Program-made: the position numbers and the translations under genes
Shown: piece by piece, positions 1 through 12,159 of the stretch
How the letters are laid out: each line of letters opens with the position of its first letter
How positions within the stretch are numbered: the stretch's first letter is position 1
Origin: Phoronis australis
Lineage: Eukaryota > Animalia > Phoronida
DNA: 64,000 bases
Direction of reading: 5' to 3'
Assembly (NCBI GenBank): GCA_002633005.1
Contig: NMRA01000020.1
Location: 1,579,589-1,643,588, forward strand
Notes under the pieces: generated by a model
Databases searched by the model: none
Seen by the model: only the letters and a program-made list of their open reading frames with translations
Told to the model about the DNA's origin: nothing

Positions 1-84
1 CACTCCTGCTACCCATATCTACTTAGAGCAGGCGTAGTGACCACTTGTTCGTACTCCTTTTGTCTGTTTCATGAAGTGACTTAA

Positions 85-714
85 GGCGGCACTCTACAAG
101 ATTTGCTGATTTTGCCGGACTTGCAAAACCATGCAGGCCGTGTCACCAGCAACACTGTCTGATGCAGTACAGGATATACAAAACCTGAATTTAAGAACAG
201 TGAACCAAAGACCTCAACCTTGCACAAAGTCTATTGATACTGATCCCAATGCCAATTTGTGCATTTTTTCGACTACCGAAAGTGCAACCGACTACTAGTT
301 GAAACAACAAGCAAAATACACCGAGTCAGCAGTTTTACCCCAAAGCCAGCATTTGCATGCCACTTCTATAACTGAGAGACAATGCATCCTGACTGCCGAA
401 ATCCCAGGTGAAAATCGGGCGTCGACCAGCCAGATTTTTACAAAACCAAAGGGTACCCGAATTTCCTGCTAAATTTCAACTTCATGCTTGCAAGCAGTAA
501 AGGTTTAAGAAAAGATACGGCTGACCAAAAATGGGTCAAGGGGACCACAGCTGGCAACCTTTAATCAGAACAGATTAAAAATCAAGCAAATGCCATTCGT
601 CGACTTCACATATGCAGCAGAACAATTAAAACGCCCAACCAACCCACCAGGCGCCAACTTGAAATTGGGGCAGGCAAATACAACCGTGGCTGAAAAAAGC
701 TATTGAGTGTCCCC
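85..714. mobile_element. TTAA-targeting (Kolobok-like) non-autonomous element inserted in an older MITE
   Basis: ttaa|GGCGGCACTC...GAGTGTCCCC imperfect termini. The joined flanks (gtctgtttcatgaagtgacttaa + gactacagaaatttggtcttattctccacacaa) reproduce the uninterrupted repeat at 24372-24470. Confidence 0.55.
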
Positions 715-3101
715 CAAGACTACAGAAATTTGGTCTTATTCTCCACACAACAATTATTTCAGGAAAATTATTAAGTCTCGCTATCCCAAACATGTGTCAC
801 CGTCATTTCATTAGTGTTTGCGCTGCACTTGTTAGCATGCGAAAGGTAATCGCCCTCTTAAGCGAATGCGAAATTCAATAAATGGCACTGGTGTAACAGG
901 GGTCCTTTCCGTAGAAATGGACGGATTTAAGGCTGCGTAGCGTAGAACAAAGAGCAAGCTTCTTGCTAGAAAAGCGAGATCACGCAGGTTTTCGGGAGAT
1001 ATCGTCATGCGATACAATTAACCTAACCACGTGGTCACACTAACTTTACTCCCGGTGGAACTGCGCCCGTGGTCCCATGCACCTCGGTCACGAATGCCCC
1101 ATGCTTTGTGCTCTCAGTCTATTCAGATGTTATAAACAGGCGCCTTTCTTCATTTGCACAAATAAGTGAACGTCGAATCGCCCATTGTAATTTTTTATGC
1201 TGAGTCATCGCACATCTAGCCCATTGCCGGAATGATATGCACCCTAAAAGGACAACAAGCCCTGTTTCGGTGATTTCACCCAAAACTGACCCTGTATCGT
1301 GTTATTGCACTATTCCTGCGTCCCCCGAAACATAAAAGCTGCGACACAATTTTCTCAAAGTGGATCCCTGGTTGTTCGAGGCGGGGTCTGTCCCCACAAC
1401 CGTCTATACTCACCCGAAGCGTTTCTTCCTCTTAATTGCCGATTTCGCAGATTTTACAAAGAAGTTTGAGTCTTATCTCAACCCTTTGAGGGTTGACGAC
1501 GGTTTCAGGATATTGTTTTGTTACTTAGAAATTAAGTAATGTTGGCAACGGGAAACATGGTAATGTATGATGAAATTTTTAAAACTGAAATCTGGCATTG
1601 TTGTTCGAATTCAGTGACTACAGAGAAAATAAAGCCCTCAAGATAACAATAGAAACAGTGAAATGAATACTCATAACAACGACAACGTTAATATCAATAA
1701 GTAGCGTTGGGCAACAATTCACCACGTGACGCACCTTTTTTCTCACGACACTGAATCATACAGTAACATTTACGTACTATATTAATTTAAAGCCCATACA
1801 TTCGACATTTCTAGCTGCCACATTCGGTCTTACGAGTTGAACCAAATTTGTTGTTCTTAGTGTTCTTAACCCTGAAATAAACAAAATTGTAGATCTCATC
1901 AAGTGACAGGTCAGTGCCGTGACTGGAATAGTAACTGACGTCATGCCAACCATTTTGTTTATACTGATGTATTGTGTTATGGGAATCAAGACAGGGAATT
2001 TTGATTTTTCTGATTCGACAGTATCGTTATTTGTCTTTTCACGACAGAGCCAACGCAGGTACTTAGAACCGATACTTGCATGCTATTATTATCGTTAATT
2101 AGGTCGACAGCTCGGCGGATCTCATGTTAAATCTCTCCTCAGAGAACAGCGCAAGTGTAGTTCATGTATTTTGAAAATAACCTTCATTATAGTGTGTCTG
2201 CGTCCGGTCAACAACGATATCAAAGCCTACAATCGATTTTACGACACAAATCAGTGTCTTAAAGACTTTGATTTTGACGGTCTTTATTCTATGTACATCT
2301 ACAATGTTTAGTTTTCTGGAAAGAAATTTCAAAAACTATTGAGTTAAGCCCTTAAAATAGCAACTTTGAGGGTGCAGATGAAAATGCAGCGATGACGTGT
2401 CACTCCGAAAGCATTATTAAAAACACAGTTTGCTAGTTTACATTTAAGTTGCAATAATTTAAACTACACGAAGCATTTGTGCCGTACATAGCGCTAGCTT
2501 TGAGCGCAGACCATGGTATAAGCAAACTCTACTGTATAAAAGTAACATTGCCAGATAATTTCAATGATTTTCTTGTTATCTGACAAATATTTAAGCGCAG
2601 AGCTAGATTAATGATTTTTATTAGAAATAATTTCGTTTCAATAAAACCAAAGTAGTCCAAGTCCCATCAGAGAGACTTTCACCCTCCACGTGTCTCAGCA
2701 CTGCACCAAACTTACAAGCCCCGTTGACAAGCCCTGGATATTGGGAATTCGTTCAAAATTTACTAATACTTTAAAAACATTTTGATTTGTTGTCGGTAAG
2801 TACAGCTTTAAACACAGCGCTGTTTTGCATCTACTCATAGACTGTAACCCAACCATTTGCGTTTTTCGAACCTCCGACATATCGACTTTCCTTTGGAAGT
2901 GGTTAAGATTAAAGGAAAGCCGGTTTAATTCAGATGTAATACCCAGGAGGCAATCTTACGTCAACCCGTTGTCAACAATTTCAGCCTCCATGGAAAGCCT
3001 GCCTACGCCGTTATGAAACTTAGGGTATGCAGTGAACCGCGGTTTCAAAGCTTTATACCTGGCGACGGAGATATCGATGCTCTGTACATAGACCGTAGTT
3101 C

Positions 3102-5716
3102 CAGGCCCGTAGGAAGGCAAAAGTTATGGGGGGGGGCACAAACCACTTCGACTTCGCCAAACACCACCCCCCCATAGCCGCCACCTCCGCCACCGCTCGC
3201 CCCCGCGCTCCTGATGACATCATATTTGTACCGAATCTCCGACGTCCGCCCTAGGTGGGGGTCACAGTGGCGGATTTAGGGGTGGGCAAGGGGCCATGGC
3301 CCCCAAAAATTCTCCCAGATTCCACTTGGCAGTTCGGGGGTGCGGATTTCTGACGGGTAAAATCCTGGCTAATACTCTGCCTTGCCCCCCAACTCAAAAT
3401 CCTGAATCTGCCCCTAGGACACAATCCCGGGGATGAAGCCATCAAGAGTTGAGTAACCGTGAACCAACACGGAGAGTAAGGTCGGGCCTAGGACCAGTGC
3501 ACAGACCGGTTGCAAGGAGCTGCCTCAAGTAGCTATAACTGAGATCTAACAGTGTGAAAATACGAAATTCCCGATGAACTAAAGCTACATGTAGTTGCTG
3601 GTCAGCTCAGCAGTGATTCACTGTCCGTCTGAGCTCGCTCTAAGATGAGGATTCGTTTTATTGTGATCCAGTCTCGCGAAAACTTTATTTTATTATGGTC
3701 ATTCTTTGAAGGATTTTTTTTGAAAAGGTGAGGTCTTAAAGTCCCTGGCATAGTGCCTCTGGGGCTGTTTCAAAATGCCTTGTTGAAACACGACCGGTAG
3801 TCCAGTTTCTGACGACTGGGGAAAATGTACACACTTCCTGAACGCCTGGAGTTCAAATTCAGTTCACTGCGATTCTGCAACGGCCCACTGCATGGTTACG
3901 TCTTATTTTTAACATGGGTGCGTCAGTAATAACGTACACGCGAATAAGGACAAGCAATCAATTCAGTTTTGAAGAACAAATTCATTGCTCAACACCACTG
4001 GAAAATAAAAACACCAAGGAAGTGCAAAGACAACCTTTCCAAGCAATGAGTTTAACTTTATTAAGGATTTTTAAAACGTTTTTTCTATCTACTGTTTGTG
4101 AGTCCGAATTCCATCAATGTCTTTGAGAATTATATGCAAAAGTCGTCTATAAGTGTACTTTACTATTTGGGGATCAGATTATAGAGTTTTTCCAAACTTT
4201 AGGCTGTAATTGCATTCACTGAAACATCGTCAATTATTACAATTCTTCAAATTGTCAAAAATCATCTTTGAATCTATCGATTTTCATAGATTCATGAACA
4301 AGTAAATCAGAAACCAAAGAATTTGTTTATCAAAACGGAATGTTATAAGCAATTTCCGCATGCATGCTTGCAGACTTTTGAAGGGTAACCGGGGGAATGT
4401 GGGCATTCGTATTATGGTGTATTTTGCTCATTTCAGAGTTACCTACAACGGTTCACGAGGTAAACTTGAATTCCACTGACAAAAAAACCCGCTGTTTATG
4501 ATTGTGAGAGTTCTTTGAGTACTCACTTTCGACATGTACCCGGTCATCACAAATAGTAGCCTAGACAGCAGTGTTTTCCGCATAATTTTATAGGAATTCC
4601 TTACAAACAACTCATAGTAACTATCTTCAAAAGAGATACTATTCTTGTGATACTACGGGAAACAGCAACATTATTTTATAACTAACCATCGGAAACAGTC
4701 CTTTTGTGTAATTCACAAATAGTGGTCTTCACGTTCTTCAAAATTCCACCCTTTCGATAGCTGCAATCCTACTCTATTTTTTCACATTTTTGGTTGTTTG
4801 GGTCGAATGGCTGTGTGTTTTGTGTTTTTTGATGAATTTTGAATCTCAATTTCCATCGTGTATAGAGGGACAAAGGGTCATTTCCCTCGAACTGCTCCAC
4901 CGAGAGAGGGTACGTCTGAAATGAGACACCTTAAGATGAAAGGCTAAACATCATTAAGCTTGGAAAAAAGAGTGGCGGTGCATTCCACCGTTGTGTGGTC
5001 CCAAAACCATGCAGGGAGTGACCTCCTTCAACATGAAAGCCGGTTGCACGATTTCACAAAAAACTGAAAATGAAGGTAATCGATTCCAACATTGGGCCCT
5101 CTCTCCGTGAGCGGCCTCCTAAGAATTTGTCTATAAAAACACAAAAAGAGTGGCCACTTGAATGTCATCAATGGCCTCCTTCAAGGGTGGGGCCCCTAAA
5201 TATGAACATATCTATATTTTCAAATATCGGGAAATACGCTGTAATTGATGTTATCTGTCAGGTCATCAATTTTTCTCAAGTAATATACAGTTTCGAGAAA
5301 AAAATAAAGCGAAAGTTGTCTCCATTATCCCTTGCCAGAGAGGAGCATATGCAAAAATATAGTTTTGTATTCGCAAAATTGTCTTATTGAATTTAACAAT
5401 CCAGTAAATTAGTACGCTTCGCAAAAGCTTCGCTTAACAAATTTTTCGACATATATTTATGATGGATTTCATGCACGTTTTCAAGAGCGCTTAGACGACC
5501 TGTGTTGCAAAAGCGGAGACCCTAACGGCAATGTCCTGACCAGGTAAACCATGCACTGATGCAGTGTTGTTAAATGTTCTCTTGAATTTTCTCTCTTATC
5601 CGTATTTCGCAGTCTTTATTTTCTCGACTGTCGGTTGCCACGGTTTAACCCTGACGCCTGAAAATGTTTTTTGGGGTGGGGGGCGTGCCCCCCGGCCCAC
5701 GCTTCCTACGGCCCTA
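3102..5716 (+). mobile_element. About 2.6 kb non-autonomous DNA transposon (hAT-like termini), copy 1
   Basis: Imperfect TIR CAGGCCCGTAGGAAG / CTTCCTACGGCCCTA. Colinear with 55275-58800 over more than 2 kb. No transposase and no clean TSD. Contains a small MITE at 3265-3416. Confidence 0.75.
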
Positions 5717-8700
5717 ACGTCACATAATAATATGAAAAATACTATCTTCCCGAGAATCCGTAAGAAGCCGCCTTTCAATTTATCAACAAATGAACGTAGC
5801 ACTCGCAGTTTCCGCTCCAGTAATTGTTTCTAATTCATACATAATTAACCAAATAAAGCCAGGAATTCATCATCACTAAAGGGAGGAATGTACCACTTTG
5901 GGGTGTAATTTTGGTCACTTCGGCACGTTTGACTCCATGTATATAACATTTACGCCTTTTACGGCGACTCTTAACAAATGCAGATAAAACAAACTATAAA
6001 GTGACGTAATGGGTATATTTCGACATTTTGGCGATCAGGAGAGTGTTCCGTAGGCCACGTTTCTTGCGAGAAAAGTAATATCTAGAAAGACCTCGCAAAA
6101 TCACGCAAATGAAGGGTGTCAGGTTTTGCAAGTATGCTCGGGAGTTTAATAGTCAACGAATTATGACCTAATATGAAGTTATTGGTCCGTGAGTCAAGAG
6201 TGCTGAATTGTTGGATTGAATTCTATGTTTCCGTTCCATTTAACGGAGATATTCATAGAAGATGCGATCTTCTGTCTTGCGGTCTACACAGCGCAGTTCT
6301 GGCTGAGCCCTATTCCCTTATAATTCGTGTCGTTTTCCAGCTCTGTTCTAAGAGTGTCGTCTACTCTTCTGATGAAACCTAACGTCTAGGGCCGCCGCAA
6401 ACCGTGAGCTACAAAGTACTGGGTGAGCTGTCTGCTTTACTGAAGTGAACGATAGCTGAGCTGACAGCTGACATTGAAAGTAAGTTAGTGGGCAAAATTT
6501 TGACTATAAACATGGAAGCGCAATTCCACCTTTGGGTGAGGTGTCCAATTCATTATTTTGACTACCTAAGCAAGCCAAGAACAGAAAGAAACGAATGTAC
6601 AATTATCCAAAGTGCTCTGACGGAGCGACACTTGCCGAAATCAACTGAAAAAGCAAGTGTTAAAACGAAGAAAGTGACACCATAGCTAACAATGACCACG
6701 ACACCAACAACGATGCAGAACTAGACGACCAGAAAGACCACGGCATAACCGCCGACACTGGAGACCATGCCGACAATGCCGCCAGCATCATCGACAAAGA
6801 CGACGGTGCCGATTCCAACTGTGATGACAACGTTAATGCAGTGACAATAACCCTGCAGCCGCAAGAAGCTACCGCCAAAACAAACAATGCCAACACCGGC
6901 AATGACACTGAAGACGCCGATCGCGCAAAAAGACCCTGCATGACACCGACAAGACCAAACATGACGACGCCATCGACACAAAAATCATCATCGTCATCGT
7001 TGTCATCATAATCATCAAACATTGATCACGATACTGATAAAGAAATAAAGGTTTGTAGAAAGGGGGTTAGTTAACAAGAAANTCTTCTGTCTTGCGGTCT
7101 ACACAGCGCAGTTCTGGCTGAGCACTATTCCCTTATAATTCGTGTCGTTTTCCAGCTCTATTCTAAGAGTGTCGTCTACTCTTCTGATGAAACCTAACGT
7201 CTAGGGCCGCCGCAAACCGTGAGCTACAAAGTACTGGGTGAGCTGTCTGCTTTACTGAAGTGAACGATAGCTGAGCTGACAGCTGACATTGAAAGTAAGT
7301 CAGTAGGCAAAATTTTGACTATAAACATGGAAGCGCAATTCCACCTTTGGGTGAGGTGTCCAATTCATTATTTTGACTACCTAAGCAAGCCGAGAACAGG
7401 AAGAACGAATGTACAATTATCCAAAGTGCTCTGACGGAGCGACACTTGCCGAAATCAACTGAAAAAGAAAGTGTTAAAACGAAGAAAGTGACACCATAGC
7501 TAACAATGACCACGACACCAACAACGATGCAGAACTAGACGACCAGAAAGACCACGGCATAACCGCCGACACTGGAGACCATGCCGACAATGCCGCCAGC
7601 ATCATCGACAAAGACGACGGTGCCGATTCCAACAGTGATGACAACGTTAATGCAGTGACAATAACCCTGCAGCCGCAAGAAGCTACCGCCAAAACAAACA
7701 ATGCCAACACCGGCAATGACACTGAAGACGCCGATCGCGCAAAAAGACCCTGCATGACACCGACAAGACCAAACATGACGACGCCATCGACACAAAAATC
7801 ATCATCGTCATCGTTGTCATCATAATCATCAAACATTGATCACGATACTGATAAAGAAATAAAGGTTTGTAGAAAGGGGGTTAGTTAACAAGAAAGTGAA
7901 GAATGGCCAGCTAATGAAAGAACGGTCCGCAGAAATTTCGAAAATCTCGAGAACAGAAAGTTAAAGCGATAAACTGACAACTGATGTCCTGTAACTCTAG
8001 ACTAGATATATCCACACATCAAAGTTCAGAAATATCCCTCTAAGAACGACGGAGCTGTAGACTTGTAGGGAAATATTTCGAAAAAGGGTCGTCACAGCGC
8101 GTCCGATTCAACTATTCTCAATAAAAAAGGAAGTCACATACATGTCCTGTGTGCACATTTCAAGTTAATCGGACAAAAATATGGTACATGATATGGAAAT
8201 CTTACGAAAGGTCAATAACTCATGTTGTTCTNGTCCGCAGAAATTTCGAAAATCTCGAGAACAGAAAGTTAAAGCGATAAACCGACAACTGATGTCCTGT
8301 AACTCTAGACTAGATATATCCACATATCAAAGTTCAGAAATATCCCTCGAAGAACGACGGAGCTGTAGACTTGTAGGGAAATATTTCGAAAAAGGGTCGT
8401 CACAGCGCGTCTGATTCAACTATTCTCAATAAAAAAGGAAGTCACATACATGTCCTGTGTGCACATTTCAAGTTAATCGGACAAAAATATGGTACTTGAT
8501 ATGGAAATCTTACGAAAGGTCAATAACTCATGTTGTTCTTCAACCCTGAGACTGTTGCATGCCTGCCAATCTACCAAAGTCAGACCTTGGTCGTCCATAA
8601 ATTTCGAAGGAAAAGTCGGAGCGAGAAACGGAAGGCACACCTCGTACATCTCTTGCCTATTCACTCACTAAGTTGAGAAATATCCGTCAAAGAGCACCGG

Positions 8701-10459
8701 AGGTATGGCCCGAGAAACGGATGACACACAAAAGAACCCTTGATGAGATCTATCTACATACCAAATTTCAAAAGCATCACTCGAAGGACCGCAAAGCATC
8801 GGCTAAGAGATCCCGGAAGAGCAAATTCGAAAAAAGCACCATCAGTTTGCGCAATAGGCATCGAAATTTTCTCGACAGACAAGTTGTTTGTTAATTTCAT
8901 GTGGACTGCACGAACTCACTTAACGACAAAAAGTACATGGCAAAATATTATTTCACCAACCAACGATGTAATACAACTTGTTCGACATGACAGACACTGT
9001 TGAAACGCGTTCACAGCGTCACTTAACTGTTTAGAAATTGCTTTATTTGTTTTGACTAGAAGTCGTTGCAAGTGGTGTATGACACCTTTTATACTATCAC
9101 ATCGTTCACATGTGGAATTTTTATGAAAAGGCATCTCGGACAATTGATCAGAAAGTAAACATGCCGCTTCTGACCTATCACATGCGATCACCACGGGCGA
9201 ACAGAGCCGATCACAAATTAAATCATTGTAGTATAGCGTTTTGGAAACGGTAAGAAGCATACCGTCAGATTTGGGGGCGGGCGGTAAAAGGCAGACTAAA
9301 CAGCGATAGGAGGCACAAAACAGTTCTCACTGCGTTTTGCCCAGCAAAACACACGTCATTTGATTTGTCACCTTTTCTTCACTCTGTCGAAAACAGGATG
9401 CAAAGAATGACATGTTTTCAGTTATTTCACATAAAAAGCCCTACTGATAAGCACAGAGAAACGTTATTCTCTCTTGTATTTTTGACCCTTTCACTCCCAC
9501 TGAAAATCAAGCTAGACTAAGAAAAATAGGGGCGAAAATGCAAAATCGGAACTTTTCACCCTCAAAACACCACTTCCCTGAAAATGCACGACAAAAGCCA
9601 ACATCAGATTCTGAAGGCAAATTTCCTACCGATTCCGAAATGTGGTCCAAAAGTACTGTCAACCAACGAGGTTTTTAGCAATTCTGGCTTGTCTGAGGGT
9701 TACCTGAACTCGCAGCCAATTTCTCAGTCGCTACCCAGCAATGCACACTTGTAACCGGGGGCCGCCATCTTGAAGGAGAGTGAAGCTACAGCCGAGAAAG
9801 TGGTCTTTTTATTCTCAGCATGTTCATAAATACAAACAAACCACATTCACTGAGCCTACATGCAATGCCTTCCTACCAAATGCCCCCAAACTTGGCCTAC
9901 CCCAAAATTTTAACATTTTGGTGAATGCAAATTGGCCGCGCCGCAACCTAACTGTTCAGTGCCACCAAAGCATGTGAACTGTATTCCGGGCGGCAAAATA
10001 CGCGTTCCGTCTGCCTTCTGATCGGACGACATGTGAAGGTTGTACACGTCAAATGTGCCGAATACACCCCTCCCGGATTGAACTTTCCTCTTACGCGGAG
10101 GTAAAAATCAATGCTTTCCGAATGAACATCAGTTAACCGTAAATCCTTGGAAATTGTTTGAAAAAGATATTTTAACTGCTGGTACATAAATGCCCGTCGT
10201 TTAATAGTAAATCGAACCCCGATTACAAACCATTTGATGTAACATTGACCAAGAGAGTTCCAACTACTTTGTCTGACGTGCAAAGTTTCAATTCACCGTC
10301 CAGGTGTTCGGATACTTTCGGCACTAATTGCATGTACATTTGGAAGAACATGCATTTCAACTTCATTATAGTGTTATTGTTCTTCTGAAGCATAGACTTC
10401 AAAGGAGCGTCTTCGCCTACTCAAGTTTACAAGAGCGTCTAATGCAGGCACAAAACAGC

Positions 10460-10520
10460 AAAATGAGTTTCCCAGAAAAACAGCTTCTTTTAAGAAGCTG
10501 TTTTCTGGGAAACTTATTTT
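10460..10520. repeat. Near-perfect about 60-bp palindrome (probable MITE core)
   Basis: aaaatgagtttcccagaaaaacagcttctt / aagaagctgttttctgggaaacttatttt. Confidence 0.75.
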
Positions 10521-12159
10521 GTTTAAAAGCAACTTCAACTATGCGTTTAATAAGCTCACATATTTTGTTTCATATGCGTAGAATTTTGCTCCAACATATA
10601 CTTTCGGCCGACGAAACCTTCTAGCTTACATAAACGTAGTCATCAGATTTCTAAACAAAACGTTGTCGTTGTGCCCTGTGACTGCAAAGGAGGGACAGGC
10701 CGTGTTATGTGCTGGTCCTTATCAAAGGCGGGGAGATACAGGTAAAACGATAGGTTGCTAAAGAGAATTCTATATCACAAATAATGAATAGAAAGCCGGT
10801 AGTGCTGGTTAGTCTAGTGCTCTATAAAAAGGACAAATGGGAATCGTCTATTTTTCATTGATTTATTGATTTGGCTTAAAGGGGAGGTATTCGCACCCCC
10901 TGAACCCCTGTCCTGGATCTGCCTACGCCTATGCTGTACCTTAGTTGAGGATACGGCAAGCGCAAAAAAACACACACATTTCTGGTTAAAGTCTGCTCCC
11001 ATGCACACAAGACAATTAAATCATATCCACCAATTCAGTAGTCAGATATTTCGTCATATTTGAGCAGACACTTTCTCACCGCACTACAGAGAACGAAATT
11101 AAATTATTCGTGATCTCTTTGCCCATTCGTTTACACTAATGCTATACGCTATAAGCTGTGTTGGTCCAGGCTGTTTATTTATGATCGACATATGTCCCGA
11201 ATAATAGATAAATGATACGTGCGTCGCAAGCTCGATACATGTGAACTTTGAACTGTGCTGGCAGGCGTTGACGTTAAATGTAATGTAAATTCTTACTTTT
11301 ACTTGGACTTTTTGGACGTTTTTTTTCGTTATAAAGATTTCATTTGTTTACAGTGTAAAAGGCCCTAAAAAGAACTTTTTAACGAGCTGACAGTCATAAG
11401 CTCGGTGAACTGTTCATATTCGTAAAGCAAGAGGGGTTTAAACTGCGTAAAAATATTTGTCCATTAAGACCCTGGCCATTCGGTATTTTAAGAGACGTGC
11501 AACTCTATTATCAAAGTTGAAATATAAATTGTATAATTTTTTTGAAGAGGGTGCTGTACTCTGGGTCTGTGCAATTCACAGAAAGGTACAGATGAACTAT
11601 ATGTTGATTATGTTCTTTCTAATTAGTTTACCAAAGTGTTTATTGTGTGACATTGTTCAAGTTGGACATCTGTGCCTACGGCTTAGTGCTGGACGCAGAA
11701 CACGATTGAAAAGAATGTGTAATTTTTCTCCATGTTAAGCTGGTTAGAAATCGAAAATAGAATTAACCTTATTACTCACATAAATTTAAGTTCATAATAA
11801 CCCTTACCGTGAAAGGATTGCCGTTGCCACAAATAACGTCGAAACCCTCGTCAGCGACTCAAGAAAACGCTTCAGAGTTCTGTACATGTGTATTGTGGTT
11901 GCCCAACCTTAAAAATGCAGATTCGAAAATGACTCGTGTGACTTGAGCTGCTGACTCGTTCGACAAAAACTTACGAGGATAGGGGCGTGGCAAAGTTTTT
12001 AAAAGCGCTAAAGCGCTTCGGAATTTAATGTTTGGAATTTAACATTGGCAGCTAAACAAGGGGCGAGTGGAGCTTTAAATTACAAATGGATGTTCCTGGT
12101 TAACTTATTGAGATACTTTTTAAGTTAGTATGACTCAGTGCTGACTATTTCTTTTTCAG

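Noticed and set aside
6660-7022. Hydrophobic 120-aa and 86-aa minus-strand ORFs resembling membrane proteins
   Set aside because: They are antisense shadows of a GAC/AAC-rich low-complexity tract.
6269-7895. About 814-bp direct duplication (6269-7081 / 7083-7895) giving twin ORFs
   Set aside because: The copies are separated by exactly one N and differ by a few SNPs. This is typical of unmerged allelic contig overlap at a scaffold gap, not a tandem gene duplication.
7925-8540. About 308-bp direct duplication
   Set aside because: The junction is the N at 8232, so it is the same assembly artefact pattern.
11808-11879. Possible minus-strand exon (cag|...|gtaagg, frame TLKRFLESLTRVSTLFVATAILS)
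   Set aside because: Poor polypyrimidine tract, no partner exons and no recognisable homology.
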